A stretch of DNA of 64,000 nucleotides from Oligoflexales bacterium (GTDB lineage: Bacteria; Bdellovibrionota_B; Oligoflexia; Oligoflexales; Bog-1112): assembly GCA_045106415.1 (NCBI GenBank), contig JBGCEP010000030.1:11921-75920 (forward strand), read 5' to 3'. The notes below the pieces were generated by a model. The model saw nothing but the letters and a program-made list of their open reading frames with translations, ran no database searches and had not been told where the DNA came from. The translations under genes were made by a program, and so were the position numbers. The stretch's first letter is position 1. Every line of letters begins with the position of its first letter. Shown in pieces: positions 7,706 through 17,526 of the stretch.

Positions 7706-10480
7706 CTAAGCTTTTTTCTTTTTAGGCTCCCAAGCACAGGCTCGAGAAAACGCTTCTCGAATAATACGCTCTTGCTCTAACTGATGTGCTTTTGAAGTTC
7801 CTTCGGCCGTTGTGCCTGAATTTTTACGGCCAACATATTGAATATTCAGCTCAGGGAATGTTGCTTTAAGTCGGGGCTCAACAAATGTCCAACTACCCAT
7901 GTTTTGAGGTTCTTCTTGCACCCAAATCACGTCTTTAACTTTCTTCACATCAATACTTTGCCGCAAAGCATCACTGGGAAAAGGGTAAACTTGTTCTGCT
8001 CGCAAGATACTTACATCTTCAATTTGAGCCTCATTCATATAGGATAAAAGTTCGTAATAAATTTTACCGCTACACGCAATCACTCTATCTCCTTGTTTCT
8101 TCTTTGAAGAAGTTACTAATACTTCTCGGAAATTTTCATGCGTAAAATCCTTAAGACTCGATACAGCTTCAGGGTGCCTTAAAAGACTCTTAGGAGTCAT
8201 AAGCACAAGAGGTTTTTTAAATTCTCGCAGCATTTGCCGTCTCAGTAAATGAAATAATTGAGCAGGGGTTGTTACATTGCAGACCTGAATATTGCGATTT
8301 CCACACGACTGTAAATAACGCTCTGGCCGTGCACTCGAATGTTCAGGGCCCTGGCCTTCATGGCCATGAGGGAGCATAAGCACTAGACCACAAGTCAGAT
8401 TCCACTTTGCTTCAGAAGCAACAAGAAACTGATCTATAATAATTTGAGCTCCATTTGCAAAATCACCAAACTGAGCCTCCCAAATCACCAAAGAATTCTT
8501 ATCTGCGATAGAATAACCAAACTCAAAACCTAAACAAGCCTGCTCTGATAAAGGGCTATTAATAACAGAGATATGGCCTAAACCTTCAAACACCGAGCGA
8601 GGATCTCCGCTCTCTTGATCAAAAACCACAGCATGGCGACTACTAAATGTCCCTCGTTGGCAGTCTTGTCCTGACAGACGAACACGATAATCTTCTTTTA
8701 AAAGTGTCGCAAAAGCTAAAAGTTCACCCATTGCCCAATCGACAGCTCCTTCTTTCTCAAACATTTTTTGTCTTTGATCTAGAAGTCGAACAATTTTATT
8801 ATGAGGTTTTAAGCCAGAAGGCACAGTTGCAATATGTTGCCCTAGAGCACGTAGATTTTTTTCTGAAACCTTTGTCTCCACAGCATCAAATACTTCTTGC
8901 TGGCTAACTTTGCGATATTCAAAAATTTCAGCCAACGATTCAGGGATTGGCATCACAGGCAATTGGTCTGGGGATTGGCGAATTTTTTCAAAAGCAGACT
9001 GTAAGTTTTGCTTCACATTCGTCGCATATCCTTGCACATCTTCTTTAGATAGAAGACCACTCTCAACGAGTGACTCACCATAAATTTTAAAAACAGTTGG
9101 GTGTTTTTTTATGACTTGATACATTTTCGGCTGTGTATACGCAGGTTCATCTGTCTCATTATGACCATGCCGGCGATATCCAACAAGATCAACCACAACA
9201 TCTTTATGAAATTTTTGTCGCCATTCAACTGCGATCTTGGCCACCCACAGTACTGCCTCAGGATCATCTGCATTGACGTGAAACACCGGAGCTCTAAGAG
9301 CTTTTGAAATATCTGAATTATACTGATAAGAGCAACTTTCAGGAGGTAGAGTTGTGAATCCGATCTGATTATTTGTAATCACATGAATCGTCCCACCTGT
9401 TTTATACGCCTGCAGAGAAGCTAAATTTAAGGTTTCTGCAACAAGGCCTTGCCCTGCGAAAGCAGCATCTCCGTGTAGTAAAATAGGTACAACGCAACGA
9501 CCGTCTTCATCCCCAAGTCGCTCTTGTCGACAACGGGCAAATCCTTCAATCACAGGGTTCACTGCTTCTAAATGACTTGGGTTCGGGCTTAAAAACATAC
9601 GAACATCGCCAGAAGGCGTTGTTCTTTGAGAAGCAAATCCCAGATGGTATTTCACATCACCGTCAATATCAAAAGGATTAAATTGGGATCCTTCAAATTC
9701 TTGTAAAAGTTTTTCTAATGGCTTTTTAAGAACATTCGCCAAGACATTTAAACGCCCTCTATGCGCCATGCCAAGGTTGACTTCCTGAATACCTAAGCTT
9801 GCTCCATGATCCACAATCGTATCTAAAAAGCATACAAGGGATTCCAACCCCTCTATCGAGAATCGTTTTTGCCCTAAATATCGGGCTTGTAGAAACTTTT
9901 CAAAACCTTCTGCAGCTGCAAGTTTTTCAAGAATAGATTTTTGTGTCTCTAGATCCACTTCAGGACTATTAGCACAATTTTCCATTTTTTCTTGAAGCCA
10001 CAAAACTTCTTGTATATCTCCTAAATCTCGAAAATCAACTCCAATGCGATTGCAATAAGTCTTTTTCAGATGATCATGAATACCACCGAAACTCATTTGG
10101 TCTTTTACAAAATTTGCAGGTTGAAAAACATCTGAAGCAGTAACATCAGCTAAACCATGTTGATCAGGCTGAAGATCTTTAGGGAGAGTAGGAGCTGGTG
10201 ACAAAGGATTGAGGTGGGCACCTAAATGACCTAAACGACGATAAGTATTAATAAATGCTTCAACGCGTGCATTCAGTTTTCCAGCATCTCCGTCAGTTGC
10301 TGCCGCACCTGATGTATGAGACTCCACGAGGCCTTGACCTATCGCAAATTGATAGCCTTGAAAAAAATGTCGCCAAGACTCAGGGACACTGCCAGGGTCT
10401 TGCTGCCACTGCTCAAACATCTGTTGGGCCCATACACCGTCAATGCTTGGAACATGTTCTCGTGGGTCATGCATTCTCAA
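7706..10480 (-). CDS. sucA: 2-oxoglutarate dehydrogenase E1 component
   Basis: 924-aa ORF with typical E1o length and sequence (..RRHGHNETDEPAYTQP.., ..LPHGHEGQGPEHSSAR.ERYLQ..). Confidence 0.95.
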   Translation of the reverse strand: MRMHDPREHVPSIDGVWAQQMFEQWQQDPGSVPESWRHFFQGYQFAIGQGLVESHTSGAAATDGDAGKLNARVEAFINTYRRLGHLGAHLNPLSPAPTLPKDLQPDQHGLADVTASDVFQPANFVKDQMSFGGIHDHLKKTYCNRIGVDFRDLGDIQEVLWLQEKMENCANSPEVDLETQKSILEKLAAAEGFEKFLQARYLGQKRFSIEGLESLVCFLDTIVDHGASLGIQEVNLGMAHRGRLNVLANVLKKPLEKLLQEFEGSQFNPFDIDGDVKYHLGFASQRTTPSGDVRMFLSPNPSHLEAVNPVIEGFARCRQERLGDEDGRCVVPILLHGDAAFAGQGLVAETLNLASLQAYKTGGTIHVITNNQIGFTTLPPESCSYQYNSDISKALRAPVFHVNADDPEAVLWVAKIAVEWRQKFHKDVVVDLVGYRRHGHNETDEPAYTQPKMYQVIKKHPTVFKIYGESLVESGLLSKEDVQGYATNVKQNLQSAFEKIRQSPDQLPVMPIPESLAEIFEYRKVSQQEVFDAVETKVSEKNLRALGQHIATVPSGLKPHNKIVRLLDQRQKMFEKEGAVDWAMGELLAFATLLKEDYRVRLSGQDCQRGTFSSRHAVVFDQESGDPRSVFEGLGHISVINSPLSEQACLGFEFGYSIADKNSLVIWEAQFGDFANGAQIIIDQFLVASEAKWNLTCGLVLMLPHGHEGQGPEHSSARPERYLQSCGNRNIQVCNVTTPAQLFHLLRRQMLREFKKPLVLMTPKSLLRHPEAVSSLKDFTHENFREVLVTSSKKKQGDRVIACSGKIYYELLSYMNEAQIEDVSILRAEQVYPFPSDALRQSIDVKKVKDVIWVQEEPQNMGSWTFVEPRLKATFPELNIQYVGRKNSGTTAEGTSKAHQLEQERIIREAFSRACAWEPKKKKA

Positions 10481-10486
10481 ATCTCC

Positions 10487-11875
10487 TTAAGCATGAATTG
10501 CTTCTTTATGTACGTCTAAAGCTGCCTCTTTAATCGCTTCTGATAAAGTCGGATGCGCATGAATTGTTCTAGCAACATCTTCCACACTCGCACCATACTC
10601 AAAGGCCATTACAATTTCACCAATCATCTCAGAAGCTGCGGGCCCTATAATATGACAACCTAGCAAACGATCTGTTTTTGCACAGCCAATGACTTTCACA
10701 AAACCATCATCATCATTCATCGCTTTTGCTCGGCCATTGGCTTTAAATAAAAACTTACCTGTTTTAATTTCTAAACCTTCAGCCCTCGCTTCTTCTTCTG
10801 TTAAACCCACCGCTGCTACTTCAGGCCACGTGTAAACAACCGAAGGGATTGCACGATAGTTCACATGACCATGTTTGTTAACTAAACTTTCAGCGAGAGC
10901 AACACCTTCTTCTTCGGCTTTATGCGCAAGCATCGGACCTGCAATCACATCTCCGATAGCATAAACCCCTGCAACCTTTGTTTGTAAAGTTCCGTCAACA
11001 GGAATACGCCCACGCTCATCAAGTTGAATTCCAATGTTTTCTAACCCAAGACCCTCTGTAAATGCTTTACGCCCGACGGCCACCAAAACCTTATCCGCCT
11101 CCAAAAAAAGCTCTGAACCATCTTTCTTCTCACAGGTCAGCTTAACTTTATTCTTATGCACTTTTGTCTCTGTGAGCTTTGCCCCTATTTCAAATTTCAA
11201 ACCTTGCTTTTTGAGACTTTTCTGGAGACCTAATGAAACCGCTTTATCCATCGTGGGGGTAATACGATCCATCGCTTCAACAACAGTGACTTCAGAGCCT
11301 AAGCGACTCCAAACACTTCCTAATTCTAAGCCTATGACCCCCCCACCAATCACAACAAGGTGTTTAGGAACTTTTTCAAACTCAAGAGCATCCGTTGAAT
11401 CAACAATCATTTTATGATCAAAACGAGCCACAGGAATATCAATTGGAGCACTCCCTGTTGCAATGACAATATGATTAGCATGAAGCTCTTGCTCACCTAC
11501 CTTCACTTTTCCTGCATCAATAATCGTTCCATGACCTTGAATTCGTGTGATTTTATTTTTCTTTATAAGATAATCAATCCCACCGGTCATACCGTCAACC
11601 ACTGTATTCTTACGAGAAAGCATTTTTTGAAGGTTAAACTGAACCTTAGCAACTTCAATTCCATGATCCGCAAACTCATGCTGAGTTTTCGCATACAAGT
11701 GACTTGATTCAAGAAGCGCTTTACTAGGAATACATCCTACATTGAGACATGTGCCACCCAAGGCTTTTCGAACCTCCACACAGGCAACCTTCAATCCTAG
11801 TTGTGCCATACGAATTGCACACACATAGCCCCCAGGACCACCACCAATAACAATAGCGTCAAATTTATCAGCCAT
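10487..11875 (-). CDS. lpdA: Dihydrolipoyl dehydrogenase (E3)
   Basis: 462 aa. It has the GGGPGGY FAD motif, the redox-active GGTCLNVGCIPSK, and a C-terminal HAHPTLSE. Confidence 0.95.
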   Translation of the reverse strand: MADKFDAIVIGGGPGGYVCAIRMAQLGLKVACVEVRKALGGTCLNVGCIPSKALLESSHLYAKTQHEFADHGIEVAKVQFNLQKMLSRKNTVVDGMTGGIDYLIKKNKITRIQGHGTIIDAGKVKVGEQELHANHIVIATGSAPIDIPVARFDHKMIVDSTDALEFEKVPKHLVVIGGGVIGLELGSVWSRLGSEVTVVEAMDRITPTMDKAVSLGLQKSLKKQGLKFEIGAKLTETKVHKNKVKLTCEKKDGSELFLEADKVLVAVGRKAFTEGLGLENIGIQLDERGRIPVDGTLQTKVAGVYAIGDVIAGPMLAHKAEEEGVALAESLVNKHGHVNYRAIPSVVYTWPEVAAVGLTEEEARAEGLEIKTGKFLFKANGRAKAMNDDDGFVKVIGCAKTDRLLGCHIIGPAASEMIGEIVMAFEYGASVEDVARTIHAHPTLSEAIKEAALDVHKEAIHA

Positions 11876-11877
11876 CT

Positions 11878-13098
11878 TTATACTCCAATCAAAGCACGCG
11901 CTGGATCTTCAAGAAACTCTTTAATCGCTATTAAAAACCCAACAGCTTCTTTACCATCAACCAGCCTATGATCATAAGATAACGCCAAGTACATCATAGG
12001 ACGCGCTTCAATAGAACCATCTGGCATGACCATCGGTCGTTGTTGAGTTTTATGCATCCCTAAAATGCCACTTTGTGGTGGATTTAAAATTGGCGTTGAC
12101 ATCAATGAACCAAACACACCACCATTTGAGACCGTGAAAGTCCCACCTGTTAGATCATCAACTGTAATCTTATTATTTCTAGCTTTTTCAGCAAATCCAG
12201 CAATAGCCATCTCTAATTGTGGAATATCCATCAAGTCAGCGTCTCGAATGACTGGAACCACAAGACCTTTAGGTGTCGACACAGCCACGCCAACATCACA
12301 ATAGTTGTGATAAATAAACTCTTTATCCTGAATAAAAGCATTCATACGCGGATATTTCTTTAAAGCCAACAGACTTGCTTTTAAAAAGAAACCCATAAAA
12401 CCAAGCTTCATGCCGTATTTTTTCTGAAAACTATCTTGGTAGTTTTTTCTTAACGCCATCACCGACGTCATATCAACTTCGTTGAATGTTGTTAAAATAG
12501 CAGCTGTATGCTGAGCTTCTACAAGGCGATCTGCAATTCGCCTCCTCAACATGCTCATAGGTTCTCTGGTCACTTCTCGAACCCTTCCTGCACCGTCAAA
12601 AATAGGCTTTTTCACCTCAGCCTGAGGGGTCGCTGCTTTTTGTGCCACTGCAGGCTCCGGTTTTGCGACTGATGCAGAAGACAATAAATCAGATTTCGTG
12701 ACCCTACCACCGCGACCAGAGCCTTCAACCCCTTCAGTGGAGGCGCCTTCTGCGACCATACGACGTACAGCAGGCCCTGGGTCTAAATTTTGTTGAGAAG
12801 CTGGGGCATCATGAAGCTGTTCTTGCTTTTCTTCCGCAGCCACTGTCACTGAAGGTGATGTAGAAACACCTTCTGCAATACGCCCAATCACTTGGCCTAC
12901 TTTGACAACTTCTCCAGCCTCAACCAAGACCGTTAAAGTCCCAGCTGACTCCGCCACAACCTCTACCGAAGCTTTATCAGTTTCAAGCTCAAGCAAAACA
13001 TCGTCAACTTCAACTTGGTCTCCACTGTTTTTCATCCAAGAGCCAATCATACCCTCTTGAACCGACTCTCCAACTCCCGGAACTTTTATATCGACCAT
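11878..13098 (-). CDS. sucB: Dihydrolipoyllysine-residue succinyltransferase (E2o)
   Basis: ORF 11878..13158 trimmed to [13 protein letters not shown]. It has a lipoyl domain ([12 protein letters not shown]), an Ala/Pro linker, and a catalytic C-terminus (SYDHRLVDG). Confidence 0.9.
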   Translation of the reverse strand: MVDIKVPGVGESVQEGMIGSWMKNSGDQVEVDDVLLELETDKASVEVVAESAGTLTVLVEAGEVVKVGQVIGRIAEGVSTSPSVTVAAEEKQEQLHDAPASQQNLDPGPAVRRMVAEGASTEGVEGSGRGGRVTKSDLLSSASVAKPEPAVAQKAATPQAEVKKPIFDGAGRVREVTREPMSMLRRRIADRLVEAQHTAAILTTFNEVDMTSVMALRKNYQDSFQKKYGMKLGFMGFFLKASLLALKKYPRMNAFIQDKEFIYHNYCDVGVAVSTPKGLVVPVIRDADLMDIPQLEMAIAGFAEKARNNKITVDDLTGGTFTVSNGGVFGSLMSTPILNPPQSGILGMHKTQQRPMVMPDGSIEARPMMYLALSYDHRLVDGKEAVGFLIAIKEFLEDPARALIGV

Positions 13099-13276
13099 TT
13101 TATCCCCCAGTCTGCGCACGCAATCATGGTCCCACCAACGAAGCCATCTGGCAATCATTCGAATCGGCAGTTTTCTCCACTTTCATGACTACGGTCGCCA
13201 CAAAAGCCTTCATTACCTGCCTCAGATTGTCATTTGAGACCGGCAAAAACAACCACAGATCCTGTTTTGCTATGTA

Positions 13277-13858
13277 TTATTGGAAATTAATCACTTTTAA
13301 AATTTCAGCAGTCAAGCCCCAAACCCTGTGACCAGAGGCTAAAAAATAGCCGCGGAAGGGACCGCACCAACGCGGAAGCCACGATCTTCTGAATTTATCA
13401 ACGCACAACTCACTCCAGTATGGCGTCAAAACCTCAGCAACCTCTTCCTCTTGAAGAACAAAGCGCTGCTGACGATCATCACCCTTGACAACAAGAGGCC
13501 CACTCAAAACAACCGGGACGACACAGAGACCATGTTTGGACAGAAAAGGCGGCAGCTGGCCATGAACCTGGAGAGGGTCGACTCGCACACCAAGTTCTTC
13601 CGCTAGTTCACGCACAGCCGTCTCTAAAGGAGAGTACTCAAAAGGTTCTCGCATACCCCCAGGAAAGCACACCTGGCCTTTATGAGTTCTAACTCTGTCA
13701 GAACGTTGCGTCAGAACCACTTGTGGGCCTAACAACGAAGGAATTAAGAGCACACACACAGCAGCGCAGTGCTCTTGATCACCCCAGGGCTGCAAAGGCT
13801 GAACAGCGGAAAAATTCGGCAGTGACCTGAAATCATTTAGGCTGGAGTCTGCACTCAC
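13277..13858 (-). CDS. Nudix hydrolase, CoA pyrophosphatase subfamily
   Basis: Nudix box GGMREPFE..AVRELAEELGV, preceded by VLTQRSDRVRTHKGQVCFPGG. This matches the LLTxR(S/A)x3Rx3Gx3FPGG CoA-ase signature. Confidence 0.75.
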   Translation of the reverse strand: MSADSSLNDFRSLPNFSAVQPLQPWGDQEHCAAVCVLLIPSLLGPQVVLTQRSDRVRTHKGQVCFPGGMREPFEYSPLETAVRELAEELGVRVDPLQVHGQLPPFLSKHGLCVVPVVLSGPLVVKGDDRQQRFVLQEEEVAEVLTPYWSELCVDKFRRSWLPRWCGPFRGYFLASGHRVWGLTAEILKVINFQ

Positions 13859-14304
13859 ACACTCGCCTGTGCTCCAGACTTCTCTGGCACTATCGTTTTC
13901 TTAGATTCTTTATTTTTTGTAGCTTCTGTTTCAGGCATGGAAGTCTTTCCGTTAAATTGAGCTCCCTCATGAATCACAAGAGCAGGAGTAATAATATCTC
14001 CGTCAAAACAACAGCGATCAGCAAGTTCAACACGCCCACTTGCTTTCAAAGTTCCACTCACTTTACCTTGAATAATTGCTTCTTCAGCCTGAATGCAAGC
14101 TGAAATATGGGCCTCTTCTTCAACAATCAACAAACCCTCTGAAACAATCTCACCTTCAATACGTCCACCAATACGACTCGAGCCTCTGCAGTACAACTTT
14201 CCATTAAAATGACATCCTGGAGTCAGGATCGTGACTGCAGACTCATGAAAATTAGCTCCGCGTCTTTTCGCTGAATTCTTCTTGTCATTGAACACCATTT
14301 GCAT
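13855..14304 (-). CDS. Bactofilin (polymer-forming cytoskeletal protein)
   Basis: 149 aa with a repetitive beta-helix pattern (..FNGKLYCRGSSRIGGRIEGEIVSEG..IQGKVSGTLKASGRVEL..FDGDIITPALVIHEGAQFNGK). It overlaps the Nudix start by 4 nt. Confidence 0.8.
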   Translation of the reverse strand: MQMVFNDKKNSAKRRGANFHESAVTILTPGCHFNGKLYCRGSSRIGGRIEGEIVSEGLLIVEEEAHISACIQAEEAIIQGKVSGTLKASGRVELADRCCFDGDIITPALVIHEGAQFNGKTSMPETEATKNKESKKTIVPEKSGAQASV

Positions 14305-14360
14305 CCCCTAAACATATGCTACAATCAAACTCAAATTCACAAATCACTTTTGGTGGCAAG

Positions 14361-14957
14361 ATGTCCCTCATCCCTCACCGCAGCAACCATACAAGACCTC
14401 GACGACCCTTCACGACCATCTACTGTGATGACATCATCTGGCTCCATCAAAAATTCTGGGACAGCTCACATCACGAGAGTTTTGCACAAAATCGCTATCG
14501 CGACACAGCAAATACTGACCTCCCTAATAGATTATCAGCATTTTCAGGATCCTGGATCCTCCTCATTAAGCAAGAGTACCAAGGATGGGCTGAATTTCAT
14601 TGTCATAATCAAGGTATTTCCATAAATCACCTTATCTTAAGCAAAGAAATTGACTGGGCAAAAAAAGGACAGGGAGCACTCCTACATCTTGTTGCAGCTC
14701 TCTTTCAAGACCCTCAGATCGACATTATTGAAATCCCACTCACGCAAGGAGGCACCCCTCCTATCACTGGAAGCCTAAGAACCGTATGGAGCCCACATAA
14801 ACATATTTTTCACAAAAGAGGGTCATGCATAGACATACTCCAAATACAGCGCAGCTGGCTTCACTCAGAGGAAGGTAAAAAACCTGCGCAACGAATGCGA
14901 CCTTTACTCTCTCAAGGAAAATATTCTCACCAAATAAAAAAAAGGGCGGCCAGATAG
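14361..14957 (+). CDS. Hypothetical protein, possibly GNAT-like acetyltransferase
   Basis: ORF 14316..14957; ATG 14361 is preceded by GGTGG. The only functional hint is a GNAT motif-A-like segment, WAKKGQGALLHLVAALF. The call is weak. Confidence 0.4.
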   Translation: MSLIPHRSNHTRPRRPFTTIYCDDIIWLHQKFWDSSHHESFAQNRYRDTANTDLPNRLSAFSGSWILLIKQEYQGWAEFHCHNQGISINHLILSKEIDWAKKGQGALLHLVAALFQDPQIDIIEIPLTQGGTPPITGSLRTVWSPHKHIFHKRGSCIDILQIQRSWLHSEEGKKPAQRMRPLLSQGKYSHQIKKRAAR

Positions 14958-14972
14958 CCACCCTCTTTTTTT
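14934..14972. terminator. Probable bidirectional terminator between the convergent hypothetical gene and rpsI
   Basis: Hairpin AGGGCGGC-cagata-GCCACCCT (8 bp with one mismatch), flanked by A8 upstream and T7 downstream. Confidence 0.5.
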
Positions 14973-14992
14973 GGATTGATAAAGAACCGATT

Positions 14993-15382
14993 CTAACGTT
15001 TTGAGAATTGGAACTTTCTACGAGCGCCAGGCTGACCTGGAAGCTTACGCTCTTTCTTACGAGCATCTCGTGTTAACAACCCTGCTTTTTTAAGCACTGC
15101 GCGATTATCATCACTCATTGCTGCCAAAGCACGCGCAACAGCGTGACGGATAGCACCCGCCTGGCCGTTCAGTCCACCACCACAAACATTCACCTTAATG
15201 TCAAACTGACCGGTTGTGTTTGTGAGTTCAAATGCTTGCATAACAACCATTTTGGACGTTGGACGAATATAGTAATCATCCAATTCACGTTTGTTAATAG
15301 TGATCTTGCCAGAACCTTCTTGCATATAAAGTCTAGCGATCGCTGTTTTTCTTTTACCAACACTTCGTTGAATAAAACTCAT
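14993..15382 (-). CDS. rpsI: 30S ribosomal protein S9
   Basis: ORF 14993..15469 trimmed to MSFIQRSVGKRKTAIARLYM.., ending ..ARRKFQFSKR. This is canonical S9. Confidence 0.95.
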   Translation of the reverse strand: MSFIQRSVGKRKTAIARLYMQEGSGKITINKRELDDYYIRPTSKMVVMQAFELTNTTGQFDIKVNVCGGGLNGQAGAIRHAVARALAAMSDDNRAVLKKAGLLTRDARKKERKLPGQPGARRKFQFSKR

Positions 15383-15395
15383 GATGTTCCTCATC

Positions 15396-15863
15396 TCAGC
15401 TCTGAACAGCCAATCGGTTCGGCATAGGCTCAGGAGACTGAGCGCCTTGCTCATGATCAGCGCCAGCATACACTCGAAGGTGCTTCAGAATTTGTCTGGA
15501 CAACTTGTTTTTTGGTAACATCCCACGTACTTCGAGAGTTACAACTTCCTCAGGATTTTTCGCGAGTTTCTCACCGGCGGTCGTTGCTTTTAACCCTCCG
15601 ATGTATCCACTATGACGATAATACATCTTGTTAGATAACTTCTTACCAGTAAGAACAATCTTTGATGCATTCGTTACAATAACGTGATCGCCACAATCAA
15701 TATGCGGTGCAAATTCAGGCTTATGCTTACCACGTAAGACACGTGCGACATCTGTTGAGAGTCGACCTAGTGTCTGACCTGCGGCATCTACAACCACCCA
15801 TTTTCTTTTTCCAGCAAAATCTTCGCGATCAAAATCAGCTGCTTTGACGCTTACGGTTTTCAT
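15396..15863 (-). CDS. rplM: 50S ribosomal protein L13
   Basis: The product reads [54 protein letters not shown]. This is canonical L13, directly upstream of rpsI. Confidence 0.95.
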   Translation of the reverse strand: MKTVSVKAADFDREDFAGKRKWVVVDAAGQTLGRLSTDVARVLRGKHKPEFAPHIDCGDHVIVTNASKIVLTGKKLSNKMYYRHSGYIGGLKATTAGEKLAKNPEEVVTLEVRGMLPKNKLSRQILKHLRVYAGADHEQGAQSPEPMPNRLAVQS

Positions 15864-15935
15864 ACTTTTACTCTTTCTGTCGTATTGCTACTCAGCCGCA
15901 GGCTCCGCATACATATGCGGTAGCCAGAGACCCGG

Positions 15936-15964
15936 AGTGTAGACTAGACTTTCATTCAGGTCAA
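15936..15964 (-). promoter_or_regulatory. Candidate sigma70-type promoter for rplM-rpsI
   Basis: Minus strand has TTGACC (15964-15959), a 17-nt spacer and TACACT (15941-15936), about 70 nt upstream of the rplM ATG. A GGCTACCGCAT-atgt-ATGCGGAGCC hairpin lies in the predicted leader. Confidence 0.4.
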
Positions 15965-15986
15965 GCCTAGTCTCTCCTACAGCCTA

Positions 15987-17375
15987 TTATCGACGGTTTA
16001 CCAGGCAACCTGGTGTTCTAGGACACAAAATGACGTCTCGAATATTCTGCATGCCTGTGACATACATCACCATTCTTTCAAACCCCATTCCAAAACCAGC
16101 ATGAGGTACGGAACCATATTTCCGTAGATCTACATACCACTGCAAATCATGAGCATCCAGCCCTGTTTCTCGCAGACGCTCCTCAAGGACATCTAGCCGC
16201 TCTTCACGCTGACTGCCTCCAACAAGTTCTCCGACACCAGGAACAAGAATATCAACAGCTGCAACTGTTTTCCCATCGTCGTTTCGACGCATATAAAACG
16301 CTTTTTGCTCAATAGGGTAGTCAGTGACAGCAACAGGGCCACCGACATGGCTTTTCGCTAGCCACGTTTCATGCTCAGAGGACAAAGAACAACCATCAAA
16401 CACAGGAAATTCAAATTTCTCTCCAGACTGCATAAGAATCTTTACAGCTTCATGATAGGTCATTCTCTCAACAGATTGCTGGGAGACTTTTTCCAACTCA
16501 GCAACACTTTGGGTCTTATACATTTTTTCAAAAAATGCGAGATCATCCTGACAATGTTCAAGCGCTTCTCGGATCAAATACTGTATAAAACCTTCAGCCA
16601 TATCAATATTCCCAGATAAATCACAAAAAGACATCTCTGGTTCAATCATCCAAAACTCTGCCAAATGACGGGCAGTATTTGAATTTTCTGCACGGAAAGT
16701 TGGCCCAAACGTATAAACATCACCAAGGCCTAAAGCCACAAACTCGGCTTCTAACTGCCCTGTCACTGTCAACCATGTTTTACGACCAAAAAAATCTTTT
16801 TCATAGTCTTGCTCACGCCCTTGATGATCCTTAGGATCTAAAGACGTCACTTGAAACATTTCCCCAGCACCTTCACCATCGGTCGCTGTCAGCAAAGGTG
16901 TATGAGCCCAAATAAAGCCCTGGTTCTGAAAGTACTTGTGCACAGCATTTGCCAAAACATTACGAACACGAAAAACAGCGCCAAATGTATTCGTACGAGT
17001 TCTAAGATGAGGAATTGTTCTTAAAAATTCCAGCGTATGCCCTTTTTTCTGCAAAGGGTACGTTGTATCTGCATCACCATAAACATGCAGACCATCAACA
17101 TTCACATGCATCTCAACACGTTGCCCCTTACCAGGAGACTCAACCAAAAGCCCCTCAGCACGAATAGCACCACCGGTATGTAGGTCTTGAATAAGATCCC
17201 ATGCCGCTCCCTGGTTCGCTACGACCAGCTGAATTGTTTGTTGCCCAGAACCATCACTCAGCGCAATGAAACCACAGTTTCTAGATCTTCTGACTGAACG
17301 AACCCAACCATGTACTGTTTGCTTCGTTCCTGGCTCTCCAGAAGCTAATAACTCTGAAATTCGTACTCTTCTCAC
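15987..17375 (-). CDS. asnS: Asparagine--tRNA ligase
   Basis: The class IIb signature GLGDVYTFGPTFRAENSNTARHLAEFWMIEPEM and motif 3 GFGMGFERM are present. The length suits AsnRS. The start is uncertain: the maximal ORF starts at TTG 17411, but I prefer GTG 17375, which is 6 nt after AAGGAG. Confidence 0.9.
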   Translation of the reverse strand: MRRVRISELLASGEPGTKQTVHGWVRSVRRSRNCGFIALSDGSGQQTIQLVVANQGAAWDLIQDLHTGGAIRAEGLLVESPGKGQRVEMHVNVDGLHVYGDADTTYPLQKKGHTLEFLRTIPHLRTRTNTFGAVFRVRNVLANAVHKYFQNQGFIWAHTPLLTATDGEGAGEMFQVTSLDPKDHQGREQDYEKDFFGRKTWLTVTGQLEAEFVALGLGDVYTFGPTFRAENSNTARHLAEFWMIEPEMSFCDLSGNIDMAEGFIQYLIREALEHCQDDLAFFEKMYKTQSVAELEKVSQQSVERMTYHEAVKILMQSGEKFEFPVFDGCSLSSEHETWLAKSHVGGPVAVTDYPIEQKAFYMRRNDDGKTVAAVDILVPGVGELVGGSQREERLDVLEERLRETGLDAHDLQWYVDLRKYGSVPHAGFGMGFERMVMYVTGMQNIRDVILCPRTPGCLVNRR

Positions 17376-17526
17376 CACACTCTCCTTAACCGATGGGCTC
17401 AGCAGGCTCAATCAAATGTATTCCCAGACTTTCTTAGACTCTATGTTTGTGACATCAAAAAGTCTTTAAGATAAAACTTGGTTATCACGCTTATGAAGAG
17501 TTGCCAATCAAAACTCGCAAAAAGCT

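Noticed and set aside
11034-11417. Antisense or shadow ORFs inside well-supported genes. Examples are 1690..1971, 8647..8907, 11034..11417, 14299..14625, 20085..20468, 38892..39380, 47143..47481 and 53214..53666.
   Set aside because: Each lies fully within a strongly supported gene on the opposite strand or in another frame. Their composition is biased, and they have no SD or family resemblance.
12634-12647. TGGCAC on the minus strand inside sucB as a sigma54 promoter.
   Set aside because: The GC dinucleotide is 2 nt out of register (TGGCACaaaaaGCAG), and the site is intragenic.
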